Sequence record: OY726582
Length of the DNA stretch: 64,000 nucleotides
From: Escherichia phage vB_Eco_NicPhage
Reading direction: 5' to 3' (one strand)
In this document: in pieces, positions 1 to 13,008 of the stretch
Layout of the letters: each line of letters opens with the position of its first letter
Numbering within the stretch: the first letter of the stretch is position 1
Notes under the pieces: model-generated
What the model was told of the DNA's origin: nothing
The model's database searches: none
The model's input: only the letters and a program-made list of their open reading frames with translations
Program-made: the position numbers and the translations under genes

Positions 1-240
<240 letters not shown>

Positions 241-241
241 T

Positions 242-877
242 ATGGCAACATACTACAGATTGTATATTACAACATTTGAAACATCCACCGGTATAAAGAT
301 TTATGGTGGTAAACACAAATCAGTTTACGAAGACCCTTCAAAAGACCCTTATACTGGGTCTGGTACCTTTATACGAAGGGCCAAAAGAAAATACGGTCCG
401 TCTTGTATAAAAGAAATTATATGGTCTAAGCCATTTGAATCTAAAGCTCTAATGGACGAAGCTGAAGAGTTACTGGTAGATGAATTATCCATTTTAGAAA
501 ATTGCGCAAATCTTGTTAAAGGTGGTGCAGGCGGAAGGTCGTATATTAACCCAGAAGATAATCCATCTATAGGACAAAAACGTTCAGCCCAATCTAAAAA
601 GAAAATGTCTGACGCCGCAAAATCAAGAAAATGGACTGAAGAAGGGTTAAGAAAACGTAAAGAATCTACAGCAAGAATGTGGAAAGATTTCAAACATAGA
701 CATCCTGATTTTTCTGGTTCAAAAAATCCGGCAGCTCGAAAAGTTAGTGTAAATGGTAAAATATTTAACACCTGCAAAGAATGTGGTGAAGAATTTAATA
801 TCACATCAAGCGCGGTTATAGGCCGATGCAAAAACAACAAACCTAAATGGGCAGGATGGAATTATGTCGACGTATAA
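242..877 (+). CDS. free-standing GIY-YIG homing endonuclease (Seg-like)
   Basis: 211-aa ORF; N-terminal YRLYIT...KIYGGKH and [16 protein letters not shown] motifs match the GIY-YIG/Seg pattern also seen in the 18205 ORF; basic C-terminal region; inserted between genes 13 and 14 and overlaps gene 14 start by 14 nt. Confidence 0.7.
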   Translation: MATYYRLYITTFETSTGIKIYGGKHKSVYEDPSKDPYTGSGTFIRRAKRKYGPSCIKEIIWSKPFESKALMDEAEELLVDELSILENCANLVKGGAGGRSYINPEDNPSIGQKRSAQSKKKMSDAAKSRKWTEEGLRKRKESTARMWKDFKHRHPDFSGSKNPAARKVSVNGKIFNTCKECGEEFNITSSAVIGRCKNNKPKWAGWNYVDV

Positions 878-1628
878 TTCAAATTTATTTGCAAAGTTAG
901 AAAACCGAGAAGGCTATTCTAAAACTAATGAAACCGAGATTTTAAACAAATACGTGAACTTCAACAAATACGAAAATAGTCAAACCCTAGCTGATGTGTT
1001 AGTAGCAGAAAGCATACAGATGCGCGGTATTGAATGTTTTTATGTTCCACGTGAATATGTTGCCGTGGACCTTATCTTTGGTGAGGACCTTAAAAATAAA
1101 TTTACTAAAGCATGGAAATTTGCTGCATATCTGAACTCTTTTGAAGGTTATGAAGGAGCGAAATCGTTCTTCAGCAACTTCGGAATGCAAGTTCAAGACG
1201 AAGTTACATTATCTATTAACCCAGGTCTTTTCAAACACCAGGTCAACAATCAGGAGCCTAAGGAAGGTGATTTAATATACTTCCCAATGGACAACAGTTT
1301 GTTTGAGATTAACTGGGTTGAACCATATGACCCATTCTATCAAGTAGGTAAAAATGCGATTCGTAAAATTACTGCAGGCAAGTTTATTTACTCTGGCGAA
1401 GAAATCAATCCGGTGCTTCAGAAAAATGAAGGTATCAATATACCTGAATTTAGTGACTTGGAACTTAACCCTGTTAGAAATCTTGACGGTATCCATGACA
1501 TTAATATCGATGAATATTCTGAAGTTGAGCAAATCAATTCAGAGGCAAGTGAATACGTTGAGCCGTATGTAGTAGTTAACAACCGTGGTAGACAAAATTC
1601 ACCATTTGACGATGGGTTTATGAATTAA
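864..1628 (+). CDS. 14: neck protein gp14
   Basis: 254-aa ORF, T4 gp14-like length and position upstream of gene 15. Confidence 0.8.
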   Translation: MSTYNSNLFAKLENREGYSKTNETEILNKYVNFNKYENSQTLADVLVAESIQMRGIECFYVPREYVAVDLIFGEDLKNKFTKAWKFAAYLNSFEGYEGAKSFFSNFGMQVQDEVTLSINPGLFKHQVNNQEPKEGDLIYFPMDNSLFEINWVEPYDPFYQVGKNAIRKITAGKFIYSGEEINPVLQKNEGINIPEFSDLELNPVRNLDGIHDINIDEYSEVEQINSEASEYVEPYVVVNNRGRQNSPFDDGFMN

Positions 1629-1677
1629 TAAATAGATAAGATAAAGCAAACACCGGTCGAAAGGCCGGTTAGGAGAA

Positions 1678-2629
1678 ATGATGTTTGGTTATTTTTACAA
1701 CTCGTCGTTCAGGCGATATATCACAATGATGGGCGATTTGTTTTCAAATATCCAAGTTAACCGTCAATTGTCTACAGGCAATAAATTAATTAGAGTTCCT
1801 ATTACGTATGCATCTAAAGAGCACTTTATGATGAAACTTAATAAATGGACCTCTATAAACTCACAAGAAGATGTGGCTAAAGTCGAAACTATTCTACCAC
1901 GTATAAATCTCCAAATGGTGGATTTCGTTTATAACCCAACGTTTAAAACGAATATATTGAATAACTCTCTTTTGAGTAAATCGACTAAGGATATTGTAGA
2001 CCAATACAACCCATCACCAATTAAAATGATTTTTGAACTGAGCATCTTTACTCGTTATGAAGATGATATGTTCCAAATCGTTGAGCAAATTATTCCATAT
2101 TTTCAGCCGCATTTTAATACGACTATGATTGAGCAATATGGGCAGGATATTCCATTTGAAAGGGATATTAAAGTCGTATGGATGGCAGCAGCAATGGATG
2201 AACAAATAGACGGTGATAATTTATCTCGTCGACGTTTAGAGTGGTCATTAACATTTGAAGTAAATGGATGGATGTATCCTCCGGTAGGCGCAGCTGAAGG
2301 CCTTATTAAAACGACTTATCTTGATTTTCATGCTAAACGGTGATAATTTATCTCGTCGACGTTTAGAGTGGTCATTAACATTTGAAGTAAATGGATGGAT
2401 GTATCCTCCGGTAGGCGCAGCTGAAGGCCTTATTAAAACGACTTATCTTGATTTTCATGCTAATGAACGAGACCTTCAAACAGCCGCCAGTGTTTTTGAA
2501 TCAGTTGATACAGAAATTAAACCGAGAGACGTTGAAGCACAAGATTGGAATGGTGAAGTTGAACAAACTTATACTCATGATATTCCAATCCCGTCTCCAC
2601 CAACCCCTCCTGGTCCTAGAAAACAATAA
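1678..2629 (+). pseudogene. 15: tail sheath stabiliser/completion protein gp15, frameshifted by a 127-bp tandem duplication
   Basis: ORF 1678..2343 (221 aa) ends at TGA created at the duplication junction; the rest of the gp15 C-terminus continues in another frame to 2629; removing one copy gives one ~274-aa ORF matching T4 gp15 length. Confidence 0.75.
2210..2463. repeat. perfect direct tandem duplication, 2 x 127 bp
   Basis: 2210-2336 and 2337-2463 are identical base for base; flanking bases differ, so the boundaries are exact. Confidence 0.95.
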
Positions 2630-2638
2630 GAGGTAAAT

Positions 2639-4952
<2,314 letters not shown>

Positions 4953-4982
4953 ATAAAATAAAGCAAATTAAGAGGAATTAAA

Positions 4983-6965
4983 ATGTCACTTCTCTCTCCG
5001 GGCGTTGAGCTCAAAGAAACTACCGTACAGAGTACTGTAGTTAATAACTCCACTGGTACTGCTGCCCTGGCTGGAAAATTCCAATGGGGACCTGCATTCC
5101 AGATTAAACAAATCACTGATGAAGTTGCATTAGTTGATATGTTTGGTACTCCTAATACGGATACAGCAGATTATTTCATGTCTGCTATGAACTTCCTTCA
5201 ATATGGTAATGACCTTCGTGTTGTACGCGCAGTTGACCGTGATACTGCTAAGAACTCATCTCCTGTAGCGGGCAATATTGAATTCACAATCTCTGCTGCT
5301 GGTAGTAACTATGCAGTTGGTGATAAAATTATCGTTAAGTATTTGACCGAAACTGTTGAAGCAGATGGTTATGTCACTTCAGTTGATGTCGATGGTAAAA
5401 TTCTTAACATTTATATCCCAACCGGTAAAATTATTGCTCGTGCAAAAGAAATTAATGAATATCCGGCATTGGGTTCTAACTGGACCGCCGAAGTTGCCAG
5501 TTCTTCTTCTGGACTCTCTGGCGTTATTACAATTGGTTCTATCGTAACCGATTCGGGTATTCTGTTAACTGAAGTTGAAACTTCTGAAGAAGCTATTACT
5601 TCTCTAACTTTCCAAGAATCTATTAAAAAATATGGTGTCCCAGGCGTAGTTGCTCTTTATCCTGGTGAACTTGGCGACCAGCTCGAAATTGAAATCGTAT
5701 CTAAAGCAGACTACGACAAAGGTGCTTCAGCCCAGTTAAAAATTTATCCTGATGGTGGTACTCGTGCATCTACTGCTAAAGCAATCTTTGGGTATGGCCC
5801 ACAAACTGATGACCAATATGCAATTATCGTTCGTCGTAACGATGCTGTAGTTCAGAGCGTAGTTCTTTCTACTAAACGTGGTGAACGCGATATTTATGGT
5901 AGTAATATCTTTATTGATGATTTCTTTGCTAAAGGCGCAAGCAATTATATTTTCGCTACTGCACAAGGTTGGCCAAAAGGTTTCTCTGGCGTAATCAAAC
6001 TGGGCGGTGGTTTATCATCTAATGAAACGGTTGACGCTGGTGATTTAATGGAAGCTTGGGATTTGTTTGCTGACCGCGAATCTGTTAATGCGCAGTTGTT
6101 TATTGCCGGTTCTTGTGCAGGTGAATCTTTAGAAGTTGCTTCTACAGTTCAGAAACATGTTGTAGCAATTGGTGATTCTCGCCAAGATTGCTTGGTTCTT
6201 TGCTCACCGCCACGTGCAACTATAGTCGGTATTCCTGTTAATCGTGCAGTTGATAATCTGGTTGATTGGCGTACTGCATCAGGATCTTACACTGATAATA
6301 ACTTTAATGTAAGTTCTACTTATGCTGCTATTGACGGTAACTATAAATATCAATACGACAAATATAACGATGTGAATCGTTGGGTTCCGTTAGCTGCTGA
6401 TATTGCCGGTCTTTGTGCTCGCACAGACAATATTTCTCAGCCTTGGATGTCTCCGGCCGGTTATAACCGTGGACAAATTCTTAACGTTATTAAGCTTGCA
6501 ATTGAAACTCGTCAACCACAACGTGATCGTTTGTATCAGGAAGCTATTAACCCTGTTACTGGTACCGGTGGTGATGGATATGTTCTGTATGGTGATAAAA
6601 CTGCCACTTCCGTTCCTTCACCATTTGACCGTATTAACGTTCGTCGTTTGTTCAATATGGTTAAAACGAACATTGGTTCAGCATCTAAATATCGCCTGTT
6701 TGAATTGAACAACGCATTTACCCGTTCTTCTTTCCGTACAGAGACTTCTCAATATCTACAGGGTATTAAAGCTCTCGGTGGTGTATATAACTTTAAAGTT
6801 GTTTGTGATACTACCAATAACACCCCAGCAGTTATCGACCGTAATGAATTTGTAGCTACTTTCTACTTACAACCTGCCCGCTCGATAAATTATATTACGT
6901 TGAACTTTGTAGCAACAGCAACTGGTGCCGATTTCGACGAACTAATTGGTGCTGTAGGTGGCTAA
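4983..6965 (+). CDS. 18: tail sheath protein gp18
   Basis: 660-aa ORF, T4 gp18 length and synteny. Confidence 0.95.
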   Translation: MSLLSPGVELKETTVQSTVVNNSTGTAALAGKFQWGPAFQIKQITDEVALVDMFGTPNTDTADYFMSAMNFLQYGNDLRVVRAVDRDTAKNSSPVAGNIEFTISAAGSNYAVGDKIIVKYLTETVEADGYVTSVDVDGKILNIYIPTGKIIARAKEINEYPALGSNWTAEVASSSSGLSGVITIGSIVTDSGILLTEVETSEEAITSLTFQESIKKYGVPGVVALYPGELGDQLEIEIVSKADYDKGASAQLKIYPDGGTRASTAKAIFGYGPQTDDQYAIIVRRNDAVVQSVVLSTKRGERDIYGSNIFIDDFFAKGASNYIFATAQGWPKGFSGVIKLGGGLSSNETVDAGDLMEAWDLFADRESVNAQLFIAGSCAGESLEVASTVQKHVVAIGDSRQDCLVLCSPPRATIVGIPVNRAVDNLVDWRTASGSYTDNNFNVSSTYAAIDGNYKYQYDKYNDVNRWVPLAADIAGLCARTDNISQPWMSPAGYNRGQILNVIKLAIETRQPQRDRLYQEAINPVTGTGGDGYVLYGDKTATSVPSPFDRINVRRLFNMVKTNIGSASKYRLFELNNAFTRSSFRTETSQYLQGIKALGGVYNFKVVCDTTNNTPAVIDRNEFVATFYLQPARSINYITLNFVATATGADFDELIGAVGG

Positions 6966-6976
6966 TAAGACGCCTG

Positions 6977-6998
6977 ATGGGCTATTTCGGTAGCCCAT
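6977..6998 (+). other. stem-loop after gene 18 (8-bp stem ATGGGCTA/TAGCCCAT, loop TTTCGG)
   Basis: Perfect inverted repeat read directly; no downstream T-run, so probably an RNA stability or processing element rather than a strong terminator. Confidence 0.4.
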
Positions 6999-7005
6999 AT
7001 AAATA
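6998..7005 (+). promoter_or_regulatory. late promoter TATAAATA upstream of gene 19
   Basis: Exact T4 late-promoter core about 70 nt upstream of the gene 19 ATG. Confidence 0.6.
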
Positions 7006-7077
7006 TACTATATCGTTTAAAAATTAATTCTATGGGCATCAGGTTAATCCTAAGCCCATATTACTACAGAGGCTAAT

Positions 7078-7569
7078 ATGTTTGTAGATGACGTAACTCG
7101 TGCCTTCGAATCAGGTGATTTCGCTCGCCCTAACCTGTTCGAAGTAGAAATCTCTTATCTTGGGCAAAACTTTAGCTTCCAGTGTCGTGCTACGGCTCTT
7201 CCTGCTGCGATTGTTGAAAAGGTTCCTGTTTCTTATATGAACCGTAAAATTAACGTGGCCGGTGATCGTACATTCGATGATTGGACTATTACAGTAATGA
7301 ACGATGATGCTCATAGCATTCGTCAGAAATTTGTTGATTGGCAAGGTATTGCAGCAGGACAAGGTAATGAAATTACCGGTGGTAAACCTGCTGAATATAA
7401 AAAGTCTGCTATCGTTCGTCAATTTGCCCGTGATGCTAAAACGGTCACTAAAGAAGTTGAAATTGTCGGCTTGTGGCCTACTAACGTTGGCGAAGTATCT
7501 CTTGACTGGGACAGCAATAACGAGATTGAAACGTTCGAAGTAACTCTTGCTCTTGATTGGTGGGAATAA
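7078..7569 (+). CDS. 19: tail tube protein gp19
   Basis: 163-aa ORF, T4 gp19 length and synteny. Confidence 0.9.
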   Translation: MFVDDVTRAFESGDFARPNLFEVEISYLGQNFSFQCRATALPAAIVEKVPVSYMNRKINVAGDRTFDDWTITVMNDDAHSIRQKFVDWQGIAAGQGNEITGGKPAEYKKSAIVRQFARDAKTVTKEVEIVGLWPTNVGEVSLDWDSNNEIETFEVTLALDWWE

Positions 7570-7575
7570 TCTGGT

Positions 7576-7591
7576 TGGGGAGAAATCCCCA
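7576..7591 (+). other. stem-loop TGGGGA-GAAA-TCCCCA after gene 19
   Basis: 6-bp stem with GNRA-type tetraloop read directly. Confidence 0.4.
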
Positions 7592-7617
7592 GCTTCCCGT
7601 GATGACGGAGAAGTCCA

Positions 7618-7625
7618 TATAAATA
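7618..7625 (+). promoter_or_regulatory. late promoter TATAAATA upstream of gene 20
   Basis: Exact TATAAATA about 30 nt upstream of the gene 20 ATG. Confidence 0.6.
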
Positions 7626-7653
7626 TAACTATAATTCCCATTCGGAGAATACA

Positions 7654-9225
7654 ATGAAATTTAATATCTTAAGTTTGTTTGCTCCATGGGCAAAAATGGA
7701 CGAACGTGATTACAAAGACCAAGAAAAAGAAAATTTAGAATCTATCACCGCACCAAAATTAGACGACGGCGCTAAAGAATACGAAGTATCTGAAAATGAA
7801 GCACAGCAAACATATAATGCTATGTTTCAGAGAATGTTCGGTAGTCAAGAACCAGGGCTCAAATCAACCCGTGAATTAATCGATACGTATCGAAATTTGA
7901 TGACGAACTATGAAGTGGATAATGCAGTCTCTGAAATAGTTTCCGATGCTATCGTGTATGAAGATGATACAGAAGTCGTTTCTATAAATTTAGACAACAC
8001 AAAATTTAGTCCAAATATCAAATCAATGATGTTGGATGAATTTAACGAAGTGTTAAATCATTTATCTTTCCAACGTAAAGGTTCAGATCATTTTAGACGT
8101 TGGTATGTAGATTCTCGAATTTTCTTCCATAAAATTATTGACCCTAAACGCCCTAAAGAAGGTATTAAAGAGCTTCGTCGTTTAGATCCACGTCAAGTTC
8201 AATATGTCCGTGAAGTTATTACAACCACTGAAGCCGGTGTTAAAATAGTCAAGGGTTATAAAGAATATTTCATTTATGACACATCACACGAATCTTACGC
8301 TTGTGATGGTCGCATATATGAAGCTGGCACAAAAATAAAAATCCCTAAAGCCGCGATTGTTTATGCCCATTCTGGTTTAGTTGATTGTTGTGGTAAAAAT
8401 ATCATTGGTTATTTGCATCGGGCTATTAAGCCGGCGAACCAATTAAAACTTCTTGAAGATGCCGTCGTAATTTATCGTATTACTCGTGCTCCTGATCGTC
8501 GTGTATGGTACGTTGATACAGGTAATATGCCTTCAAGAAAAGCAGCAGAACATATGCAACATGTTATGAATACGATGAAAAACCGTATTGCATATGATGC
8601 TACTACAGGCAAGATTAAAAACCAGCAGCATATTATGTCGATGACCGAAGATTATTGGTTACAACGACGTGATGGTAAAGCAGTAACAGAAGTTGATACA
8701 TTACCAGGTGCAGATAATACCGGAAATATGGAAGATGTACGTTGGTTCCGTAATGCGCTTTATATGGCTTTACGTATTCCTATTACCCGTATTCCAAGTG
8801 ACCAAGGTGGTATACAGTTTGATGCTGGTACTTCTATTACACGAGATGAATTATCATTTGGTAAATTTATTCGTGAGCTGCAACATAAATTTGAAGAGAT
8901 ATTCCTAGACCCGCTTAAAACTAATTTAATTCTTAAAGGAATTATTACAGAAGATGAGTGGAATGATGAAATAAATAATATTAAGATAAAATTTCATCGG
9001 GATAGTTATTTCTCGGAATTAAAGGATGCTGAGATTCTGGAGCGTCGCATTAATATGCTTCAGATGGCCGAACCATTTATTGGTAAATATATTTCTCACA
9101 GAACAGCTATGAAAGATATTCTTCAGATGTCTGACGAGGAAATTGAACAAGAGGCTAAGCAAATTGAAGAAGAGTCGAAAGAGGCTCGTTTCCAAGACCC
9201 CGACCAAGAACAAGAGGATTTTTAA
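7654..9225 (+). CDS. 20: portal vertex protein gp20
   Basis: 523-aa ORF; N-terminus [18 protein letters not shown] and overall sequence closely match remembered T4 gp20. Confidence 0.95.
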   Translation: MKFNILSLFAPWAKMDERDYKDQEKENLESITAPKLDDGAKEYEVSENEAQQTYNAMFQRMFGSQEPGLKSTRELIDTYRNLMTNYEVDNAVSEIVSDAIVYEDDTEVVSINLDNTKFSPNIKSMMLDEFNEVLNHLSFQRKGSDHFRRWYVDSRIFFHKIIDPKRPKEGIKELRRLDPRQVQYVREVITTTEAGVKIVKGYKEYFIYDTSHESYACDGRIYEAGTKIKIPKAAIVYAHSGLVDCCGKNIIGYLHRAIKPANQLKLLEDAVVIYRITRAPDRRVWYVDTGNMPSRKAAEHMQHVMNTMKNRIAYDATTGKIKNQQHIMSMTEDYWLQRRDGKAVTEVDTLPGADNTGNMEDVRWFRNALYMALRIPITRIPSDQGGIQFDAGTSITRDELSFGKFIRELQHKFEEIFLDPLKTNLILKGIITEDEWNDEINNIKIKFHRDSYFSELKDAEILERRINMLQMAEPFIGKYISHRTAMKDILQMSDEEIEQEAKQIEEESKEARFQDPDQEQEDF

Positions 9226-9458
9226 TGGACGATTTAATTCAAGCTATTAAATCAAACGACCTCGTTGCTACTCGAAAGTTTTTTGAAAGTGCAATGGCAG
9301 AAAAAACGGTTCGTTTGATTGAAGCACGCAAAGCAGAAATCGCGTCTCAATTTTTGATTGAAGGCGAAGAACCTGAAGAAGAAGAAAAGAAAGCTTCGGA
9401 AGACGACGCTGATGAAGGCGATGACGACGAAGACGAAGATGATGAGGACGATGAATAA
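9225..9458 (+). CDS. 67: prohead core protein gp67
   Basis: 77-aa ORF with strongly acidic C-terminus; position between 20 and 68. Confidence 0.8.
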   Translation: MDDLIQAIKSNDLVATRKFFESAMAEKTVRLIEARKAEIASQFLIEGEEPEEEEKKASEDDADEGDDDEDEDDEDDE

Positions 9459-9883
9459 TGTATCTTATCCCTGAATCTTATGAATTGGTACTCGAAAATG
9501 TCGAAGCACTTATTCCTGAAGCACAGGGCCGAATCGATGCATTGTCTTCTGCTCTCGATATTGACGATATAAATACTATTATCGAGAACATGCTTGAAAC
9601 TGAAACGGATTTAGCTGTTGCAATGGCTTCCATTATTAATGAAGAACAGTTAAATGAGTTTATCGTTAAACATGTTTCTTCTCGTGGTGAAGTCACCCGC
9701 ACTAAAGACCGTAAAACTCGTGAACGTAACGCGTTCCAAACAACCGGACTTTCTAAAGCAAAACGTAGACAAATCGCTCGTAAGGTCGTTAAAGCTAAAA
9801 AAGCTAACCCTTCAGGCCAAGTTAAAGGCTTGCGTAGGCGTAAAAAGGCTCTTAAACGTCGTAAAGCATTAGGATTAAGCTAA
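9458..9883 (+). CDS. 68: prohead core protein gp68
   Basis: 141-aa ORF with basic C-terminus; T4 gp68 length and synteny. Confidence 0.8.
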   Translation: MYLIPESYELVLENVEALIPEAQGRIDALSSALDIDDINTIIENMLETETDLAVAMASIINEEQLNEFIVKHVSSRGEVTRTKDRKTRERNAFQTTGLSKAKRRQIARKVVKAKKANPSGQVKGLRRRKKALKRRKALGLS

Positions 9884-10524
9884 TGAATAAACCCGAGTTA
9901 CTTATTGAAACTTGGGGTCAACCCGGTGAGATTATTGATGGCGTTCCAATGTTGGAATCTCATGATGGAAAAGATTCTGGCTTAAAACCAGGGCTTTATA
10001 TAGAAGGTATTTTTCTTCAGGCAGAGGTTGTTAACCGAAATAAACGTTTATATCCTAAACGCGTTTTGGAAAAAGCAGTAAGTGACTATATTAAAGAACA
10101 AGTCGCAACCAAACAAGCCCTTGGAGAATTAAACCATCCACCTCGTGCAAATGTTGACCCTATGCAAGCCGCTATCATTATTGAAGATATGTGGTGGAAA
10201 GGAAACGATGTATATGGACGTGCTAGAATTATTGAAGGCGACCATGGTCCCGGCGATAAATTAGCTGCTAATATACGAGCTGGTTGGATTCCAGGTGTTT
10301 CCTCTCGTGGTCTTGGTTCTTTAACCGACACCAATAAAGGGTACCGTATCGTGAACGAAGGATTTAAATTAACCGTCGGTGTAGATGCCGTATGGGGTCC
10401 TTCTGCTCCAGATGCTTGGGTTACTCCTAAACAAATATCAGAATCAGAAAATTCGGTGGAAATCACCAAAAACAGTGCTGATGAAGCATTTAAAGCTCTC
10501 GCAGAGAGTTTAAAAGCATTATAA
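9883..10524 (+). CDS. 21: prohead core scaffold protease gp21
   Basis: 213-aa ORF, T4 gp21 length and synteny. Confidence 0.9.
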   Translation: MNKPELLIETWGQPGEIIDGVPMLESHDGKDSGLKPGLYIEGIFLQAEVVNRNKRLYPKRVLEKAVSDYIKEQVATKQALGELNHPPRANVDPMQAAIIIEDMWWKGNDVYGRARIIEGDHGPGDKLAANIRAGWIPGVSSRGLGSLTDTNKGYRIVNEGFKLTVGVDAVWGPSAPDAWVTPKQISESENSVEITKNSADEAFKALAESLKAL

Positions 10525-10527
10525 ATA
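10520..10527 (+). promoter_or_regulatory. late promoter TATAAATA upstream of gene 22
   Basis: TATAAATA overlapping the gene 21 stop codon, 30 nt upstream of the gene 22 ATG. Confidence 0.55.
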
Positions 10528-10557
10528 ATAATGTAATCTAAACCACAGGACACTAAA

Positions 10558-11370
10558 ATGATCAAAGAACAACTTTTGAAAGAAGCTCAGAATATCGAGA
10601 CTTCAGTTGCTCTTAATAGTGTTTTCGAATCAGTAGAACTGTCTCCGGACGTTAAAGCTAATTTCAGCACTGTATTCGAAGCCACCGTTAAGCAGGAAGC
10701 AGTCAAACTAGCTGAATCTCATATCAAAGCTATCGCCGAAAAAGCCGAAGAAGAAGTTGAAAAGGCTAAAGAAGATGCTGAAGAGAAAGCTGATAAAAAA
10801 TTGGCTGAACAAGCTTCTAAATTCCTGGACCATCTTGCAAAAGAATGGCTCGCAGAAAACCAAATCGCAGTTGATAAAGGCATTAAAGCTGATTTGTTCG
10901 AATCCATGCTTGGTGGTCTGAAAGAACTGTTTGTTGAACATAACGTTGTTGTTCCAGAAGAATCTGTAGATGTTGTAGCAGAAATGGAAGAAGAGCTGGC
11001 CGAACATAAAGAAGAAACCGCTCGTTTGTTCGAAGAAGTTACCAAACGTGATGCATATATCAATTACGTTCAGCGTGAAACCGCTATTAATGAAAGCGTA
11101 AAAGACCTGACTGAATCTCAGAAAGAAAAAGTTATTGGCCTGGTTGAAGGTATGGATTATTCTGACGCATTTGGTACTAAGTTAACTGCTATTGTAGAAA
11201 TGGTTAAAGGTTCTACTAAAGAAGAAGCCGCTATTACCGAAAGTATAAATACAGTTGACAATGACGCTGCCGGTCTTAATTTTGTTGCCGAAGCAGTTGA
11301 CACTACCACAACTCAGGTAGAACAGAATTCTAATGTAAGTTTATATGCGAAAGTCGCATCTCGTTTCTAA
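10558..11370 (+). CDS. 22: prohead core scaffold protein gp22
   Basis: 270-aa acidic, coiled-coil-like ORF; T4 gp22 length and synteny. Confidence 0.9.
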   Translation: MIKEQLLKEAQNIETSVALNSVFESVELSPDVKANFSTVFEATVKQEAVKLAESHIKAIAEKAEEEVEKAKEDAEEKADKKLAEQASKFLDHLAKEWLAENQIAVDKGIKADLFESMLGGLKELFVEHNVVVPEESVDVVAEMEEELAEHKEETARLFEEVTKRDAYINYVQRETAINESVKDLTESQKEKVIGLVEGMDYSDAFGTKLTAIVEMVKGSTKEEAAITESINTVDNDAAGLNFVAEAVDTTTTQVEQNSNVSLYAKVASRF

Positions 11371-11387
11371 TTTAAAGGTTAACACAA

Positions 11388-12956
11388 ATGACTACTATCA
11401 AAACTAAAGCTCAGCTCGTAGACAAATGGAAAGAACTGCTGGAAGGTGAAGGCCTGCCGGAAATCGCTAATAGCAAGCAGGCTATTATCGCTAAAATCTT
11501 CGAAAACCAGGAAAAAGATTTCGAAGTATCCCCTGAATATAAAGACGAGAAAATCGCTCAGGCATTTGGTTCTTTCTTGACCGAAGCTGAAATTGGTGGT
11601 GACCATGGTTATAATGCTCAGAACATCGCAGCAGGTCAAACCTCTGGTGCAGTAACCCAAATTGGGCCGGCAGTTATGGGTATGGTTCGTCGTGCTATTC
11701 CTAATCTAATCGCTTTTGATATTTGTGGTGTTCAGCCTATGAACAGCCCGACCGGTCAGGTATTTGCTCTCCGTGCAGTATATGGTAAAGACCCTATCGC
11801 TGCTGGCGCTAAAGAAGCTTTCCATCCGATGTATGCCCCAGACGCGATGTTCTCTGGTCAGGGTGCTGCTAAGAAATTCCCAGCTCTGGCTGCTGACACT
11901 ACTACTGTTGTAGGTGATATCTATACTCACTTCTTCCAAGAAACTGGTACTGTATATCTGCAAGCTTCTGCTGTCGTAACACTTGATTCTGGTGCAACTG
12001 ATGCAGCTAAATTAGATGCAGAAGTTAAGAAACAAATGGAAGCTGGTGCACTGGTAGAAATCGCTGAAGGTATGGCTACTTCTATCGCTGAACTCCAGGA
12101 AGGTTTCAACGGTTCTACCGATAACCCATGGAATGAAATGGGCTTCCGTATCGATAAACAAGTTATCGAAGCTAAATCTCGCCAGCTGAAAGCTGCTTAC
12201 TCTATCGAATTAGCACAAGACCTCCGTGCAGTACACGGTATGGATGCTGATGCTGAACTGAGCGGTATTCTGGCTACAGAAATTATGCTAGAAATCAACC
12301 GTGAAGTTGTTGATTGGATTAACTACTCAGCACAGGTTGGTAAATCTGGTATGACCCTGACTCCGGGTTCTAAAGCTGGTGTATTTGACTTCCAGGACCC
12401 GATTGATATCCGTGGTGCTCGTTGGGCCGGTGAAAGCTTTAAATCTCTGTTGTTCCAGATTGATAAAGAAGCAGTTGAAATTGCTCGTCAAACCGGTCGT
12501 GGTGAAGGTAACTTCATTATCGCTTCCCGTAACGTAGTTAACGTACTGGCTTCAGTTGATACTGGTATTTCTTACGCTGCACAGGGCCTGGCTTCTGGTT
12601 TTAATACCGACACTACTAAGTCTGTATTTGCCGGTGTACTTGGTGGTAAATACCGCGTATACATCGACCAGTATGCTAAACAGGATTACTTCACCGTTGG
12701 TTACAAAGGCGCTAACGAAATGGATGCAGGTATTTACTATGCTCCTTACGTTGCACTTACCCCGCTGCGTGGTTCCGATCCTAAGAACTTCCAGCCGGTA
12801 ATGGGCTTTAAAACTCGTTACGGTATCGGTGTTAACCCGTTTGCTGAAAGTTCCCTGCAGGCTCCAGGTGCTCGCATCCAGTCCGGTATGCCATCTATCC
12901 TGAACAGCCTTGGTAAGAACGCTTACTTCCGCCGTGTATATGTAAAAGGCATCTAA
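11388..12956 (+). CDS. 23: major capsid protein gp23
   Basis: 522-aa ORF highly similar to remembered T4 gp23 (for example LLEGEGLPEIANSKQAIIAKIFENQEKDF). Confidence 0.97.
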   Translation: MTTIKTKAQLVDKWKELLEGEGLPEIANSKQAIIAKIFENQEKDFEVSPEYKDEKIAQAFGSFLTEAEIGGDHGYNAQNIAAGQTSGAVTQIGPAVMGMVRRAIPNLIAFDICGVQPMNSPTGQVFALRAVYGKDPIAAGAKEAFHPMYAPDAMFSGQGAAKKFPALAADTTTVVGDIYTHFFQETGTVYLQASAVVTLDSGATDAAKLDAEVKKQMEAGALVEIAEGMATSIAELQEGFNGSTDNPWNEMGFRIDKQVIEAKSRQLKAAYSIELAQDLRAVHGMDADAELSGILATEIMLEINREVVDWINYSAQVGKSGMTLTPGSKAGVFDFQDPIDIRGARWAGESFKSLLFQIDKEAVEIARQTGRGEGNFIIASRNVVNVLASVDTGISYAAQGLASGFNTDTTKSVFAGVLGGKYRVYIDQYAKQDYFTVGYKGANEMDAGIYYAPYVALTPLRGSDPKNFQPVMGFKTRYGIGVNPFAESSLQAPGARIQSGMPSILNSLGKNAYFRRVYVKGI

Positions 12957-12980
12957 TCTTAATTGATTAAATCTTATTTT

Positions 12981-13004
12981 GGGAGACTTCGGTCTCCCAT
13001 TTTT
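12981..13004 (+). terminator. intrinsic terminator after gene 23 (GGGAGAC-UUCG-GUCUCCC plus U-run)
   Basis: 7-bp GC-rich stem with UUCG tetraloop followed by ATTTTT. Confidence 0.75.
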
Positions 13005-13008
13005 GGTT

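Noticed and set aside
349-840. Antisense shadow ORFs inside confirmed genes (for example 349..840, 10086..10565, 10719..11063, 25788..26117, 27131..27460, 30636..31099, 44427..44951, 54534..54908)
   Set aside because: Each is fully contained on the opposite strand of a well-supported gene, lacks a ribosome-binding site and has low-complexity translation; typical of AT-rich phage DNA.
2321-2629. Track ORF of 102 aa that looks like a separate gene downstream of gene 15
   Set aside because: It is the displaced C-terminus of gp15 created by the 127-bp tandem duplication; its first residues (MIFML) are out-of-frame junk and the rest repeats gp15 peptide sequence.
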